Part shown: piece after piece, positions 1-9,336 of the stretch
How positions within the stretch are numbered: position 1 is the stretch's first letter
Layout: each line of letters begins with the position of its first letter
Assembly (NCBI GenBank): GCA_023261815.1
Contig: JALNKA010000001.1
Span: forward strand, 30,258 to 94,257
Reading direction: 5' to 3'
Length of the DNA stretch: 64,000 nucleotides
Source: Candidatus Wolframiiraptor sinensis
GTDB lineage: Archaea; Thermoproteota; Nitrososphaeria_A; Caldarchaeales; Wolframiiraptoraceae
Program-made: the position numbers and the translations under genes
Notes under the pieces: model-generated
The model's input: only the letters and a program-made list of their open reading frames with translations
What the model was told of the DNA's origin: nothing
Database searches by the model: none

Positions 1-710
1 AGAGTGTATGAGTGGATAGCGCCTGCATTAACCCTGAAAGGCCTCGGCGCGGTGAGAGCAGACCCGAGGCTCTCATTATGGATGAGGGTGAGCAGGCTCG
101 ATGTGCTTCCAACAAGCATTCCCTCGCCGACGCTGAGAATCGACGTCGTGTCTATGCAGGCTCTCTCGCCAAGCCCGATGTCCCTCACCTCGACTACCTC
201 AGCTTCATCGAGCTCGAGCCTGCTGGGAGCCGAGACCTGATCTATGACTAGGTCGACCTCATCCGGGCTGCTGACCGCGACGAGGAGGCCATCAACGCCC
301 TTCTCCAAGATTCCTGAGAGCGTTTCGACCTCATGGGGCGATGCAGCGGCTATGATCCTCGTTCCATATGGCGCTAGGTCGGCTATCAGGTTCTCGAGCG
401 CTATTATCTTCAAGTCCTCAGCCCTCACTATGATGCTTCTCACACCCATCCTCGCCGCGGCGATCATCCTCTCATAGTCCTCCGGCCCCCTCAGCACCAT
501 CTCCGGAATCGTTTTCTCAGAGATGCTCGATGGATCCCTGACGATCCTCCAGTCCGCAGACTCAGACTCGTGATAAATCTCGATCTTGCCTCGAAGCTTC
601 TCCGGGAGCTTCTCGGGATCGATGTAGAACGCTCTAATGCCCCTCGCGACCGCCCTCTCGAGTATCCTCTCATCCGGCTTGATCGGCGCGATGATTATCT
701 CCTTCCTCAT
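1..710 (-). CDS. aroB': 3-dehydroquinate synthase II (archaeal type); C-terminal part cut by window edge
   Basis: Absent from the ORF track because it is open at the window edge. Manual translation from ATG 710..708 gives MRKEIIIAPIKPDERILERAVARGIRAFYID...GERACIDTTSILSVGEGMLVGSTSS...RPFRVNAGAIHSYT, the conserved core of archaeal DHQ synthase II. ATGA start/stop overlap with the upstream aldolase gene. Confidence 0.85.
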   Translation of the reverse strand, partial: MRKEIIIAPIKPDERILERAVARGIRAFYIDPEKLPEKLRGKIEIYHESESADWRIVRDPSSISEKTIPEMVLRGPEDYERMIAAARMGVRSIIVRAEDLKIIALENLIADLAPYGTRIIAAASPHEVETLSGILEKGVDGLLVAVSSPDEVDLVIDQVSAPSRLELDEAEVVEVRDIGLGERACIDTTSILSVGEGMLVGSTSSLLTLIHNESLGSALTAPRPFRVNAGAIHSYT

Positions 711-1522
711 CGATTCTCCCTCAATATCCTCATCGCTTCCTCGATGCTTCTGCCCTCGATCACGACGGCTCTAAGAGCTCTCGCGATCGCATCGGGCTTC
801 TCATGCTGGAAGACGTTTCTCCCAAATGTGACACCAGCCCCGCCGGCCTCCACAACTGCCTTCGCGAGCTCCAAGACCTTCCGATCATCATCCATCTTCG
901 GCCCTCCCGCGGCGACAACCGGAACCGGACAGCTCTCTGTTATCACCCGTATATCATCTGGGTTGAAGGATGGCATCGGGACCTTTACTATGTCTGCGCC
1001 GAGCTCCGCGCCAACCCTCGCGACATGAGCAATAACCTGCGGGTCATTCGGGTCCTTGATGTTCTCGCCGCGCGGATACATCATCGCTATCAATGGAACT
1101 CCCCACGCATCGCACTCATCAGCTATCGCGCCGAGCTTCCTTAACATATCCTGCTCATCCTTGTTCCCGATGTTTATGTGGACGGAGACGGCGTCGGCTC
1201 CAAGCCTTATGGCCTCCTCGACCGAGGCAACCCAGACCTTCCAGTTCGGCGAAGTGGAGAGGCTGGTGCTGGCCGAGGCATGCATTATCAGCCCTGTTCT
1301 CGGAGGCTTATCCAAGCTCTTGATGATCCCCTTATGAACCAGTATGGCCGTCACGCCAGCGGACTCCAGCCTCATTATCGTCTCCCGTATCCTGTCAATG
1401 CCCTTCATCGGCCCGGAGCTAACCCCATGATCCATCGGCACGCACAGCATTCTACCGGACTCCATCATCCTGCTCAACCTAACCTGCTTACCCCAAACCA
1501 TGCCCATCACCTCCCAAACCAT
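707..1522 (-). CDS. aroA': 2-amino-3,7-dideoxy-D-threo-hept-6-ulosonate synthase / DhnA-type class I aldolase
   Basis: 271-aa ORF with LCVPMDHGVSSGP, AVSVHINIG and GADIVKVP motifs of the DhnA/FbaB class I aldolase family. Translationally coupled to DHQ synthase II, as in the archaeal alternative shikimate entry. True start may be an internal Met (MVWGKQVRL). Confidence 0.85.
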   Translation of the reverse strand: MVWEVMGMVWGKQVRLSRMMESGRMLCVPMDHGVSSGPMKGIDRIRETIMRLESAGVTAILVHKGIIKSLDKPPRTGLIMHASASTSLSTSPNWKVWVASVEEAIRLGADAVSVHINIGNKDEQDMLRKLGAIADECDAWGVPLIAMMYPRGENIKDPNDPQVIAHVARVGAELGADIVKVPMPSFNPDDIRVITESCPVPVVAAGGPKMDDDRKVLELAKAVVEAGGAGVTFGRNVFQHEKPDAIARALRAVVIEGRSIEEAMRILRENR

Positions 1523-1838
1523 ACACTATGGACGCGTCAAGCCCAGGCCAATACTTCGGGAAATCTAGAGAATGGACCCCCAACATGCAAAACACCCTCC
1601 AAAGAAGAGAAATCTTGCGCGGGGCCCTGGCTCATGCCAGGGCAAAATAGCAAAAGCCAAAATACCAGTAGCTCCAGAGGCCGCCGAAGCCGCTTAAGCG
1701 AGCACGTCCACCGCCGTTCATCACGATCGCCTCTGGAGCGCTTGGATAATCGTCTCGCGGACTGTATATAAGATTTGCTCTAAATGCTCCCGGGCATGCT
1801 AAGCTTATTTTTCGGCTTCCACCTAATGTTGAAAGGCT

Positions 1839-4382
1839 ATGAGGCTCAGCGCGATCACGATCACCTTATGTCTCCTGATAGTGGTCTCTTCTCTCTCAGC
1901 TCTCCAGCTCATGATAACTTCCTCAAGCGCTCAGCCAACATGGAGCTTCTCGATCACGCTTTTCCCGGCGGAGCTTTACATGGGCGAGTGGGGGAGGCTG
2001 AAGGCGAACATAACGAACACGGACTGCTCCGCGAGGCTGCCTAAACCCTATGAGGCGAAGTTCGACGACATCCCGGAGCGAACTCTCAAATCAATCCTAG
2101 CGAGAGCGAGAGATGAATGAGAGCGGCTGGATAACGGATTACGATCTCAGGATAGAGGGTGCGCACGGCTTCGGGGGCCAAGTTTACTTCGACGCGAAGC
2201 TGAAGATAATTGGAGCCTGCTCTGGGAAATCCATAAAGCTGTATTATGCTCAGCTCTGGTTTCCGTGGAAGAAGTATCCCGGGAGAGACTGGGCTTTCAG
2301 GGCAGACGCTAACGTGGAGCTCAAGGCGTTCAACCCTATAGACTACATCCTTAAGGGGTTTAGCCCCGGATCATCGATAGTGCTCGAGTTCGAGCTCTTC
2401 ATCCCGCCCGACATATACCCGGAGGAGCGCTTTCTCAAGCCCTTCATGGACTTGAGGGTCCACTACCCGGGATGGATAGATTACACTCTCGAGGCTTATC
2501 CAACTCGTGGGCCCTTCGAGATCCAGCCTTACAGGAGCTTCAACCTCACCGTGACGGATTATGATGGTATGAACCCCCCATCGCCGGCGCGAGAGTCGTG
2601 ATCAGGAGGCTCATCCACCGTTATGATGTCCGCGAGTACGTCACGCCGGAAAATGGAACGATAAGAATACACAGGCTTAAGGAGGATGATTACGAGGTGA
2701 GAGTATACTGGAATAACAGCATCTTCCTGCAGGAGTCGCCGCTCGTGCACATGGAGCATCACACCGCCTACGATCTCGCGTCCGAGGGCATCAGGACTCT
2801 TCTCTTCAACGTCGAGGTTAGGGCGCTGGATCTGAAAGAGAGGGCTCTAAATGGCGCGAGAATCGCTTTGGACGGCGTCGAGGTCATCGCGGAGAACGGC
2901 TACGCGCTATACCAGCTCGTCCCAAACGGCAATCACTCCCTCCAAGCATACTGGATGGGAATCAAGCTGCTGGATGAGTGGGTGTGGATCGGATATCATC
3001 CGACAATCCCCCCTGAGATCAAGGAACCGAAGCTAGTGCTAAAAACTTCCTGTGGATGATCTGCTGGTTCAGGCGATTGATAGCGGCGGAATGCCGCTCG
3101 CTGCTAACTTCACGGTATCAGATCCCCAGGGAGTGCTGCCGGATCTACTATACTGTAGCTCAGGCCTCCTGAACATAACCCAGCTGGTTGTGGGCGATTA
3201 TCGGGTGCGAGCATTAAACTGCTCTCAAGCCTTCAAGACGTGCGCGGAGGCATCGGGCATCTTCCAGCCCGGCCAGCTCATGAAGCTTCAGCTACCGCTT
3301 CACTCGATAACCCTCCACCTCTACTCTAGGGGCGGCGTGGAGCTCGGAAACGCCTTGGTGATATTGGGCGGCGTCGAGGCGAGAGCTGACCAGTGGGGAT
3401 ACGCGATCTTCCCGGGGATCCCGGAGGGAGAGTACGAGGTCAGGATACTGTGGAATAACGTCGAGGTATATGATGGCCGAATAATGGTTTCGGAATCGGG
3501 CTCATGGGATATCATCGCGGACGTGTACGATGTCGGGCTGGAGCTCAGGACGACTGATGGAAGGCCCTTCTCAGCCTACTGGATCCTCGTGGACCCATCA
3601 GGTCATAGGCATGAGATGAGGCGCCCATCTAGCATAATCTCAGCCAGGCTTATCCCACGCGGCCCATGCAATCTCACGGTTATCGACGAGCGGAACCTGA
3701 CGCTGATCTCCTCGGTCATGAGCGTTGAGGAGCTCGCGAGCATGCGAGAGCTCAAGCTACCAATAGGAGACATGGTGATCAGGGTGCTCTGGAGCGATGA
3801 TGCGCCCATTGCTAATGCTAGGATCGTGCTAGTGGGCCCGCAAGCCTGAGGAGCGAGGGACTCACTGATGCTCAGGGCATGATATCCCTGGGCCTAGCCC
3901 CATTAGCTAATTACAGCCTGAGAGTCTATTATCCGAGAACATCGCTCGTCTTATTCGCTGGAAATGTGACGTTCGTGGGCGACGTGGTCGAGGTCAGGGC
4001 TGGGCGGACGGGCATCATGGTCAAGGTCGTTGATGCGCTCGGGAACCCGCTTCCAGGCGCGGCGGTAAGGCTCCATGTCTCGGACATCATTTTGGGTGAG
4101 GAGAGATCCGGCTTGGATGGGGTTGTGGCCTTCTCGGGGATACCACATCTCGGCGCATATCAGCTCGAGGTCAAGCATGGGCCGCTGATCGTCAATAGGA
4201 TAATCCGCCCAGGAGAGAACGCGATCATAGAGCTGGAGGCCATAAACCTACTCGGGCTGACCATGTACATTCAAGATCTCATGGCGCTTCTGCCGGCCAT
4301 AGCCGTGGTGATAGCGATCACGATAATTATAATTGTCTTGAGGAGAAGGTTCAGAGCCTCCGCGAGGGCGGAGATCCGCTAG
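1839..4382 (+). pseudogene. Large (about 845 aa) membrane-anchored surface protein with carboxypeptidase-regulatory-like beta-sandwich repeats, split into five ORFs by four frame changes
   Basis: ORFs 1839..2120, 2113..2601, 2598..3059, 3052..3849 and 3879..4382 alternate between frames 3 and 1. A signal peptide occurs only in the first and a C-terminal TM anchor only in the last. Many NxS/T sequons. The repeat motif is restored when read across C6 2574-2579, A5 3041-3045 and GGGCCC 3834-3839. Confidence 0.75.
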
Positions 4383-5481
4383 CCTCAGCGGCTTCTATTA
4401 TCTCTATCCCGAGACTTCTCGCGAACTCCATCTCGGTGGCGGTAGGCTTATCGCTCGTCACGAGCATCACCCTGCTAAGCTTAAGGTCGCTTCTCGCGAC
4501 GCCGAGCCTAACCAAGACCTGAGTTAACGGCTCGCCGAAGGATGATGTTATCGCTATTATCTCATCCCCCTTCTTGGCGGCGGCGTCGAACCTGTGGATG
4601 ACGCCGGACTCGCCGACCAGGCTTGCCGGCCTCTCGACCTCATATCCACGTTGCCTCAAGATCTCTATCTCCCTATTGACAGCGCTGATCACTTTTTCAT
4701 ACTCGGCAAGCATTTCTTTCGACGACTCGATTCTCTTGAACGGCTTAATTTCCATGGTCTGCTCATCGTAGAGGGAGCCGCATGACCCGCACTTGAACGC
4801 GATGTTCGGTTCCTCGAACTCCGTGCCGCAGTCCGGGCACCTATACCTCCTGTGGTAAACCTCTATGTTCTCCGATCCCCCGCATCGGGGGCAAGCTAGC
4901 CCAAGCGCCGTTCTGAAGCTCGACTCCGCACCGATATATCCGCATGTATGCCTATAATATCTCGTCTCCTTAACCCTAAAGGAGCCGCAATTCCTGCATG
5001 ACGTTAATGCTACTTGGATGCATGATCCGCAGATTGGGCAGGCGACCGCGGAGAACTCCCTCTCAGTCTCTAAGATGAGCCTCTTATCAATGAGCCTCCT
5101 GAGCACGCGCTGAGCATCCTTCTCCGAGACGCCCGCGAATTCCGGATAATAGCCCCCCTCCTTGCTTCCCGGCATCATAAGGGGCCTAAGAGCCCCCTTA
5201 ATCATCAATGATTCTATGACTCTCGCCTCAAGCTTCGCTAGCTCCTCATCAGAAAGCTCTCCCACGCCTTTTTCCGGAGGCGCCAGCCTCCCTTCCTCAG
5301 TGGCTTCCTCAAGCTCTGAGATCACCCTTATTGAATCCAGCTCCTCCTTCGAGATATTCCCGGCCTTCCTTCTCTTCTCCCTCTTCCTCAGAGCCAGTAT
5401 GAAGGCCGCCGCGATACAAGCAGCTATTATCGCCAGGACCTCGAGCCTTTGCAGGATCTGGAGTATATCGGCTGGGCTCAT
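4351..5481 (-). CDS. Membrane-anchored multi-zinc-ribbon protein, last gene of the pilus-like operon (function unknown)
   Basis: N-terminal TM helix (VLAIIAACIAAAFILAL) followed by RKREKRRK. Acidic linker. Several CxxC pairs (CPICGSC..CRNCGS, CPRCGG, CPDCGT..CGSCGS). C-terminal about 100-aa alpha/beta module (GYEVERPASLVGESGVIHRFDAAAKKGDEIIAIT...). Starts 13 nt downstream of the TadC-like gene. Confidence 0.6.
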   Translation of the reverse strand: MSPADILQILQRLEVLAIIAACIAAAFILALRKREKRRKAGNISKEELDSIRVISELEEATEEGRLAPPEKGVGELSDEELAKLEARVIESLMIKGALRPLMMPGSKEGGYYPEFAGVSEKDAQRVLRRLIDKRLILETEREFSAVACPICGSCIQVALTSCRNCGSFRVKETRYYRHTCGYIGAESSFRTALGLACPRCGGSENIEVYHRRYRCPDCGTEFEEPNIAFKCGSCGSLYDEQTMEIKPFKRIESSKEMLAEYEKVISAVNREIEILRQRGYEVERPASLVGESGVIHRFDAAAKKGDEIIAITSSFGEPLTQVLVRLGVARSDLKLSRVMLVTSDKPTATEMEFARSLGIEIIEAAEASGSPPSRRL

Positions 5482-5494
5482 CCTCTTCTACAGC

Positions 5495-6892
5495 TCACCA
5501 ATAGGGCTCTAGAGCTAAGTATATCAACGTAGCGGCGATCACGCCGACCCCAGCCCTCCAAGTGCTGGCCACAGTGTGATCGCAGAGCTTCGAGACCGCT
5601 AGCCCGAGGATCAGGGAGAGGATGATGCTTATCGGGAGTAGGAGCGCTCCAACCCCCTCGAGGGTGACCCCGCCGAAGAGGGGGGCCGGCTGAATGAGCA
5701 TCCCACCTCCAGCCATCGAGGTGGCATATCTCGCTGAGAACTCCTTGAGGGGCCTGGTTATCGCGAAGCTCATTATCAGGATCAGGGAGCCGGCTGTGAT
5801 GCTGATTACCTCGTAGAACCTGAGCCTGCTTCTGAGATCCCGGTAAGCGTGATAGAGCCTTTGAGCAGTCCTGGCCACAATCTCGAGGGCTTTCCCGCCT
5901 GCGCCGCTCTCCCTCACGACCTTGATCGTCGAGAGGACGAGGTGGAGCTGCCTGCTCCTTGGATTCGCCTCGATCCCCAGCGAGACCCTCCTAACCTGCT
6001 CCACGACCCTACCATCCCTAACGAGCTGGAATGATCTCTCGACGGGGTAGCCGAGCTGGAGCTTCGTGGCCAGGCCCTGGGCCAATAGGTGCCCGCCCTC
6101 CATCTCCGAGATCGCCTTCCTAACCTCGTGGCTCGCCGGGATCGAGAGAGCTACCAGCCCAGCTCCTATGCCCAAGTATATCATCGGATTGGCGAGCGAG
6201 AACCCCCTCACCGGGATCGAGATGGCGATTGCAGCGGCTATCAGTGCGAGCTGTGCTGGAAGTATTCGCATAACCCTAGGCGAGAGGATTACTATCGGGA
6301 CCCCCTGAAGCGCCACTGATGCTGTGTATGTTGTGATCGAAGATAGTAGGGCTATGGGGAAGATGAGCTCCAGGCTGCCTCCGAAGAATGCTGTGAACGA
6401 GATAAAGAGGGGGATAAGTATCATGATCATTAGGCTTGCCTCCGCCAGGTTCTCAGCGCTCTCAGCCTTCTTCCTAGCGCGCTCGGCGGCATATTCCTCC
6501 TCATCCCAGAGGAGGACCTGGACCCTCGTGGCTGGGTCGAAGCCCGTGAAAGCCTCCTCGCCGATAGACCTGAGCACGCTCGTAACCCTCGCGCTCGGAG
6601 TCCTATAATCGAGCAGTGCCCCCGATAGATCGCCCCTCCTCTCAGCCTCCCTAATTATTCTCCCGGCTTCCTGGTGGAATGCTGGCATGAGCGCTTTCTC
6701 GGCCGCAGCGGCCTCGAGGGCCTTCCTTAAGCTCCATCCGGCCTCAAGCCTCGCATAAAGATAGCTCAGGAATATCGGTAGCTCCTCCTCGAGCCTAGCA
6801 GCCCTCTCCTTTCTCAGCGCTACCGGGAGCAGGGCCAGGAGAACTATCAGCGCTATTATCATCAGCGTGTTTATGTTGAGGAGGAAGCTCAC
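5495..6892 (-). CDS. Type IV pilus/archaellum-family polytopic membrane platform protein (TadC/FlaJ/PilC-like, T2SSF domains)
   Basis: 465-aa polytopic membrane protein with two soluble helical segments alternating with TM clusters, typical of T2SSF proteins. Starts 7 nt downstream of the secretion ATPase gene. Confidence 0.75.
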   Translation of the reverse strand: MSFLLNINTLMIIALIVLLALLPVALRKERAARLEEELPIFLSYLYARLEAGWSLRKALEAAAAEKALMPAFHQEAGRIIREAERRGDLSGALLDYRTPSARVTSVLRSIGEEAFTGFDPATRVQVLLWDEEEYAAERARKKAESAENLAEASLMIMILIPLFISFTAFFGGSLELIFPIALLSSITTYTASVALQGVPIVILSPRVMRILPAQLALIAAAIAISIPVRGFSLANPMIYLGIGAGLVALSIPASHEVRKAISEMEGGHLLAQGLATKLQLGYPVERSFQLVRDGRVVEQVRRVSLGIEANPRSRQLHLVLSTIKVVRESGAGGKALEIVARTAQRLYHAYRDLRSRLRFYEVISITAGSLILIMSFAITRPLKEFSARYATSMAGGGMLIQPAPLFGGVTLEGVGALLLPISIILSLILGLAVSKLCDHTVASTWRAGVGVIAATLIYLALEPYW

Positions 6893-6899
6893 GAGCTGA

Positions 6900-8237
6900 T
6901 CAAGCAGTGGCCACCACCTCCTCCCTCCTAGCCTGAGCTCTCAACTGCTCAGCCCTCCTCCTGACCTCGAGAGCAGCCAGCTCGTAGGGCTCAAGGCCGC
7001 GGTAGGATATGGCGAGCTTCTGGCCGATCTTCTCAGGAAGCTTAAACTTCCCGCTCTCATAATCATAGATGAGCTCCCACTTTCCCGAGATGTTCTCGTA
7101 GACCTCCTTTACCCGCCGCCTGCCATCCGGCATTCTGACTATGAAGACGGCATAATCTATCAAGGCAACCTGATCTTGTCTCAGGTTCATTGGATGGCTC
7201 GTGAGCCTCTTCACCATGTGATCTAGGTCGTCCGTGTGCAGCGTCGTAGCGGTCCCATGTCCGACCGATGCCGCCGTTATCATATCCTGAACCTCCTCCG
7301 CCCTAGCCTCCCCCACCGCGATTATCGTGGGCCTATGCCTCAGCGCGGCCTTAAGGAGCTGGGTCAAGGGTATGGCGGTCTGCCTCGCGGCCGGGCTCGT
7401 TGGAAGCCTGGCGTAGAGGGGCAACCATCCCGGGTGATCCTTGAGATTTATCTCCGGATGCTCTTCGATTGTCACGATCTTGTAGTTTTTAGGAAGCTGG
7501 AGTAGGAGGGAGTTGAGGAGAGTGGTCTTGCCGCTTCCAGTCAGCCCAGCGATGATTACGTTGCACTTGAGTTCCACGGCGAGCCAGAGCGCCGCCGCAA
7601 CCTCGGACCTCAGGGTCCCAAGCTTAACCAGCCTCGCGAGGCTATAGGGGCTCCTCGGAAACTTCCTAACAGTTATGCTCGAGTGGAGGGAGACCTCCCC
7701 CCTCAAAACTCCCGCAACTCGATCGAAGCTCGGCGTGAGTATCTCGACGACGGGGCTCGCGGGCGTTATAGATCCACCAGATCTCTCGATCACAAGCTTG
7801 ACCAGCTTATCGAGCTCTTCATCCGACTCCACGACGACGTTGCTCTCGATCCACTCATAGTGAGGCGCGAGTCTATGAATCAGCCTGACGGGGCCCGGCA
7901 TCGTTATCGTGAAATCCTCTATCTGATCATCGTACATGAAGACTTGAAGCTTCGAGAATCCCCTAAGCTCCCTGAGAAGATAATATCGGAGGGCAACGAC
8001 CTCGGAGGAGCTGAGCCTCCTCGAATACTTCTTGACAAGCTCTTCGGGATTGGTTCCCCTCTTCACGTACTCGTCCATGGCCTGGTCGAGAGACTTTTTG
8101 ACGCCATCCGTCAGGGCGGGCTCCTCAACCTCGTAGAGCAGGCCATTATCCCGCTGCCTGAGCCTAACAACAGCATCCCCAACATGATATTCCGCGAAGA
8201 TTCTTGAGACACCTTTCTCGCCCCTCAACTCAGCCAT
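6900..8237 (-). CDS. Type II/IV secretion-family ATPase (FlaI/PilB/VirB11-like)
   Basis: Walker A GLTGSGKTTLLNSLL, Asp box VTIEEHPEINL, Walker B RHRPTIIAVGEARAEEV, His box GHGTATTLHTDD. GGAGGTG lies 8 nt upstream of the ATG. Confidence 0.9.
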   Translation of the reverse strand: MAELRGEKGVSRIFAEYHVGDAVVRLRQRDNGLLYEVEEPALTDGVKKSLDQAMDEYVKRGTNPEELVKKYSRRLSSSEVVALRYYLLRELRGFSKLQVFMYDDQIEDFTITMPGPVRLIHRLAPHYEWIESNVVVESDEELDKLVKLVIERSGGSITPASPVVEILTPSFDRVAGVLRGEVSLHSSITVRKFPRSPYSLARLVKLGTLRSEVAAALWLAVELKCNVIIAGLTGSGKTTLLNSLLLQLPKNYKIVTIEEHPEINLKDHPGWLPLYARLPTSPAARQTAIPLTQLLKAALRHRPTIIAVGEARAEEVQDMITAASVGHGTATTLHTDDLDHMVKRLTSHPMNLRQDQVALIDYAVFIVRMPDGRRRVKEVYENISGKWELIYDYESGKFKLPEKIGQKLAISYRGLEPYELAALEVRRRAEQLRAQARREEVVATA

Positions 8238-8333
8238 TCAAGACACCTCCTAGGGAAAAGTAAGATAAGAAAGCGCGTATAATTGAGTAATGGGCATACA
8301 GCAGCTCCAATATACCCGCAAATTCCCCAGATA

Positions 8334-8747
8334 TCAACCAAGCCTTACCTCCATCCAAGCACCAGTATCAAATCTCAGTAGAATGGACTGCGCCGATCCG
8401 GAAACCCTTACAACCTCGTAGGTTCTCGGTTCTATCCTGCATTCAGGGTCCTTCTGCCCATTTTCGTTGAAGCAGCTGCATCCAGCTCCATCGGGGCATT
8501 TAAGGTGATTTCCTCCGACCCAGGCCTCGAGCACGATTATGTGATCCGAGTGAGGATTGTAGAGGTATATCTCGGCAGTGCCGGAGCTGCTAAACGCGGC
8601 TATTAACGTCGGCCTCAACCATGGTCTAACGCTGGGCGGCGATACTACCGGAAGATAATACACCATGATGAACGCCACGGCGACAGATATGCTAAGAAGG
8701 ATGAGTGCCGAGAGAAGTTCACTTAAGCCGCAGCGACCCCGCCTCAC
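8334..8747 (-). CDS. Archaeal type IV prepilin-like protein (class III signal peptide)
   Basis: N-terminus MRRGRCG/LSELLSALILLSISVAVAFIMVYYL: short basic leader, Gly, then an about 20-aa hydrophobic helix. Cys-rich beta C-terminal part. First gene of the operon. TTAAATAA box about 35 nt upstream of the GTG start. Confidence 0.65.
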   Translation of the reverse strand: MRRGRCGLSELLSALILLSISVAVAFIMVYYLPVVSPPSVRPWLRPTLIAAFSSSGTAEIYLYNPHSDHIIVLEAWVGGNHLKCPDGAGCSCFNENGQKDPECRIEPRTYEVVRVSGSAQSILLRFDTGAWMEVRLG

Positions 8748-8884
8748 ACCAACCCTGAGAATATCTCTCTCTACTTATTGTTATTTAACTCATCGCTGAG
8801 CCATCCCAAGATGATCCATGCCCACATTCCGGCGCATGAGGAAGGTTCTTAGAAGGGTTACGAGCTTATAGGGGTGGCATTCCG

Positions 8885-9334
8885 GTGATCGGGAGCATGG
8901 GCGCCTATAGCGTCGGAGTGCATGGGAGGGGCGATGTAAGCCTGGAGGAGATTCTGAGGAGAGTTAGGGAAAACCCGGAGCTGAGCGAGGCGGGAGCGAT
9001 CGCCTGCTTCATAGGGATAGTCAGGGGCAGGAGCTCGAGAGGCGAGGCCGTCAGAAAGCTGGTCCTCGAGGCATATAGGGAGGAGGCCGAGAGAAGCCTT
9101 GAAAAGATCGCGAAAGAGCTGCTAGAAAGGCCCGGAATCGTGGACGTCAGAATACACCACATAGTAGGCGAGCTTGAGGTTGGGGAGGACATAGTATACA
9201 TAATCGTGGCGGGAGATCACAGGGAAGAGGTCTTCAGGGCACTAAAAGATGCCGTCGAGAGAATGAAAAAAGAGGCAGCGATCTGGAAGAAGGAGATAAC
9301 GGATCGAGGGGAATACTGGGTTTCCGGGAAATAG
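8885..9334 (+). CDS. moaE: Molybdopterin synthase catalytic subunit MoaE
   Basis: GAIACFIGIVRG...VRIHHIVGELEVGEDIVYIIVAGDHREEVF...EAAIWKKE, typical of MoaE. Start may be the internal Met (MGAYS). Confidence 0.85.
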   Translation: MIGSMGAYSVGVHGRGDVSLEEILRRVRENPELSEAGAIACFIGIVRGRSSRGEAVRKLVLEAYREEAERSLEKIAKELLERPGIVDVRIHHIVGELEVGEDIVYIIVAGDHREEVFRALKDAVERMKKEAAIWKKEITDRGEYWVSGK

Positions 9335-9336
9335 CT

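Noticed and set aside
1523-1780. Short minus-strand ORF encoding about 30 aa (VMNGGGRARLSGFGGLWSYWYFGFCYFALA) upstream of aroA'.
   Set aside because: It is too short and has no start or RBS context or conservation evidence. It could be a small membrane peptide, but that cannot be supported from sequence alone.
2113-3059. Treating the 4- and 8-nt start/stop overlaps (ATGAATGA at 2113-2120, GTGA at 2598-2601, GTGGATGA at 3052-3059) as evidence of genuine translationally coupled separate genes.
   Set aside because: The middle fragments lack signal peptides although they are full of N-glycosylation sequons and beta-sandwich repeats. In addition, the repeat unit is cut mid-domain at each boundary.
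1839-4382. Programmed ribosomal frameshifting as the explanation for the five-ORF surface protein.
   Set aside because: It would need four separate events of alternating sign (+1, -1, +1, -1) with no shared slippery heptamer or downstream structure. Simple single-base length changes in short runs (C6, A5, GGGCCC) explain all junctions more economically. It is kept only as a remote possibility inside the main finding.
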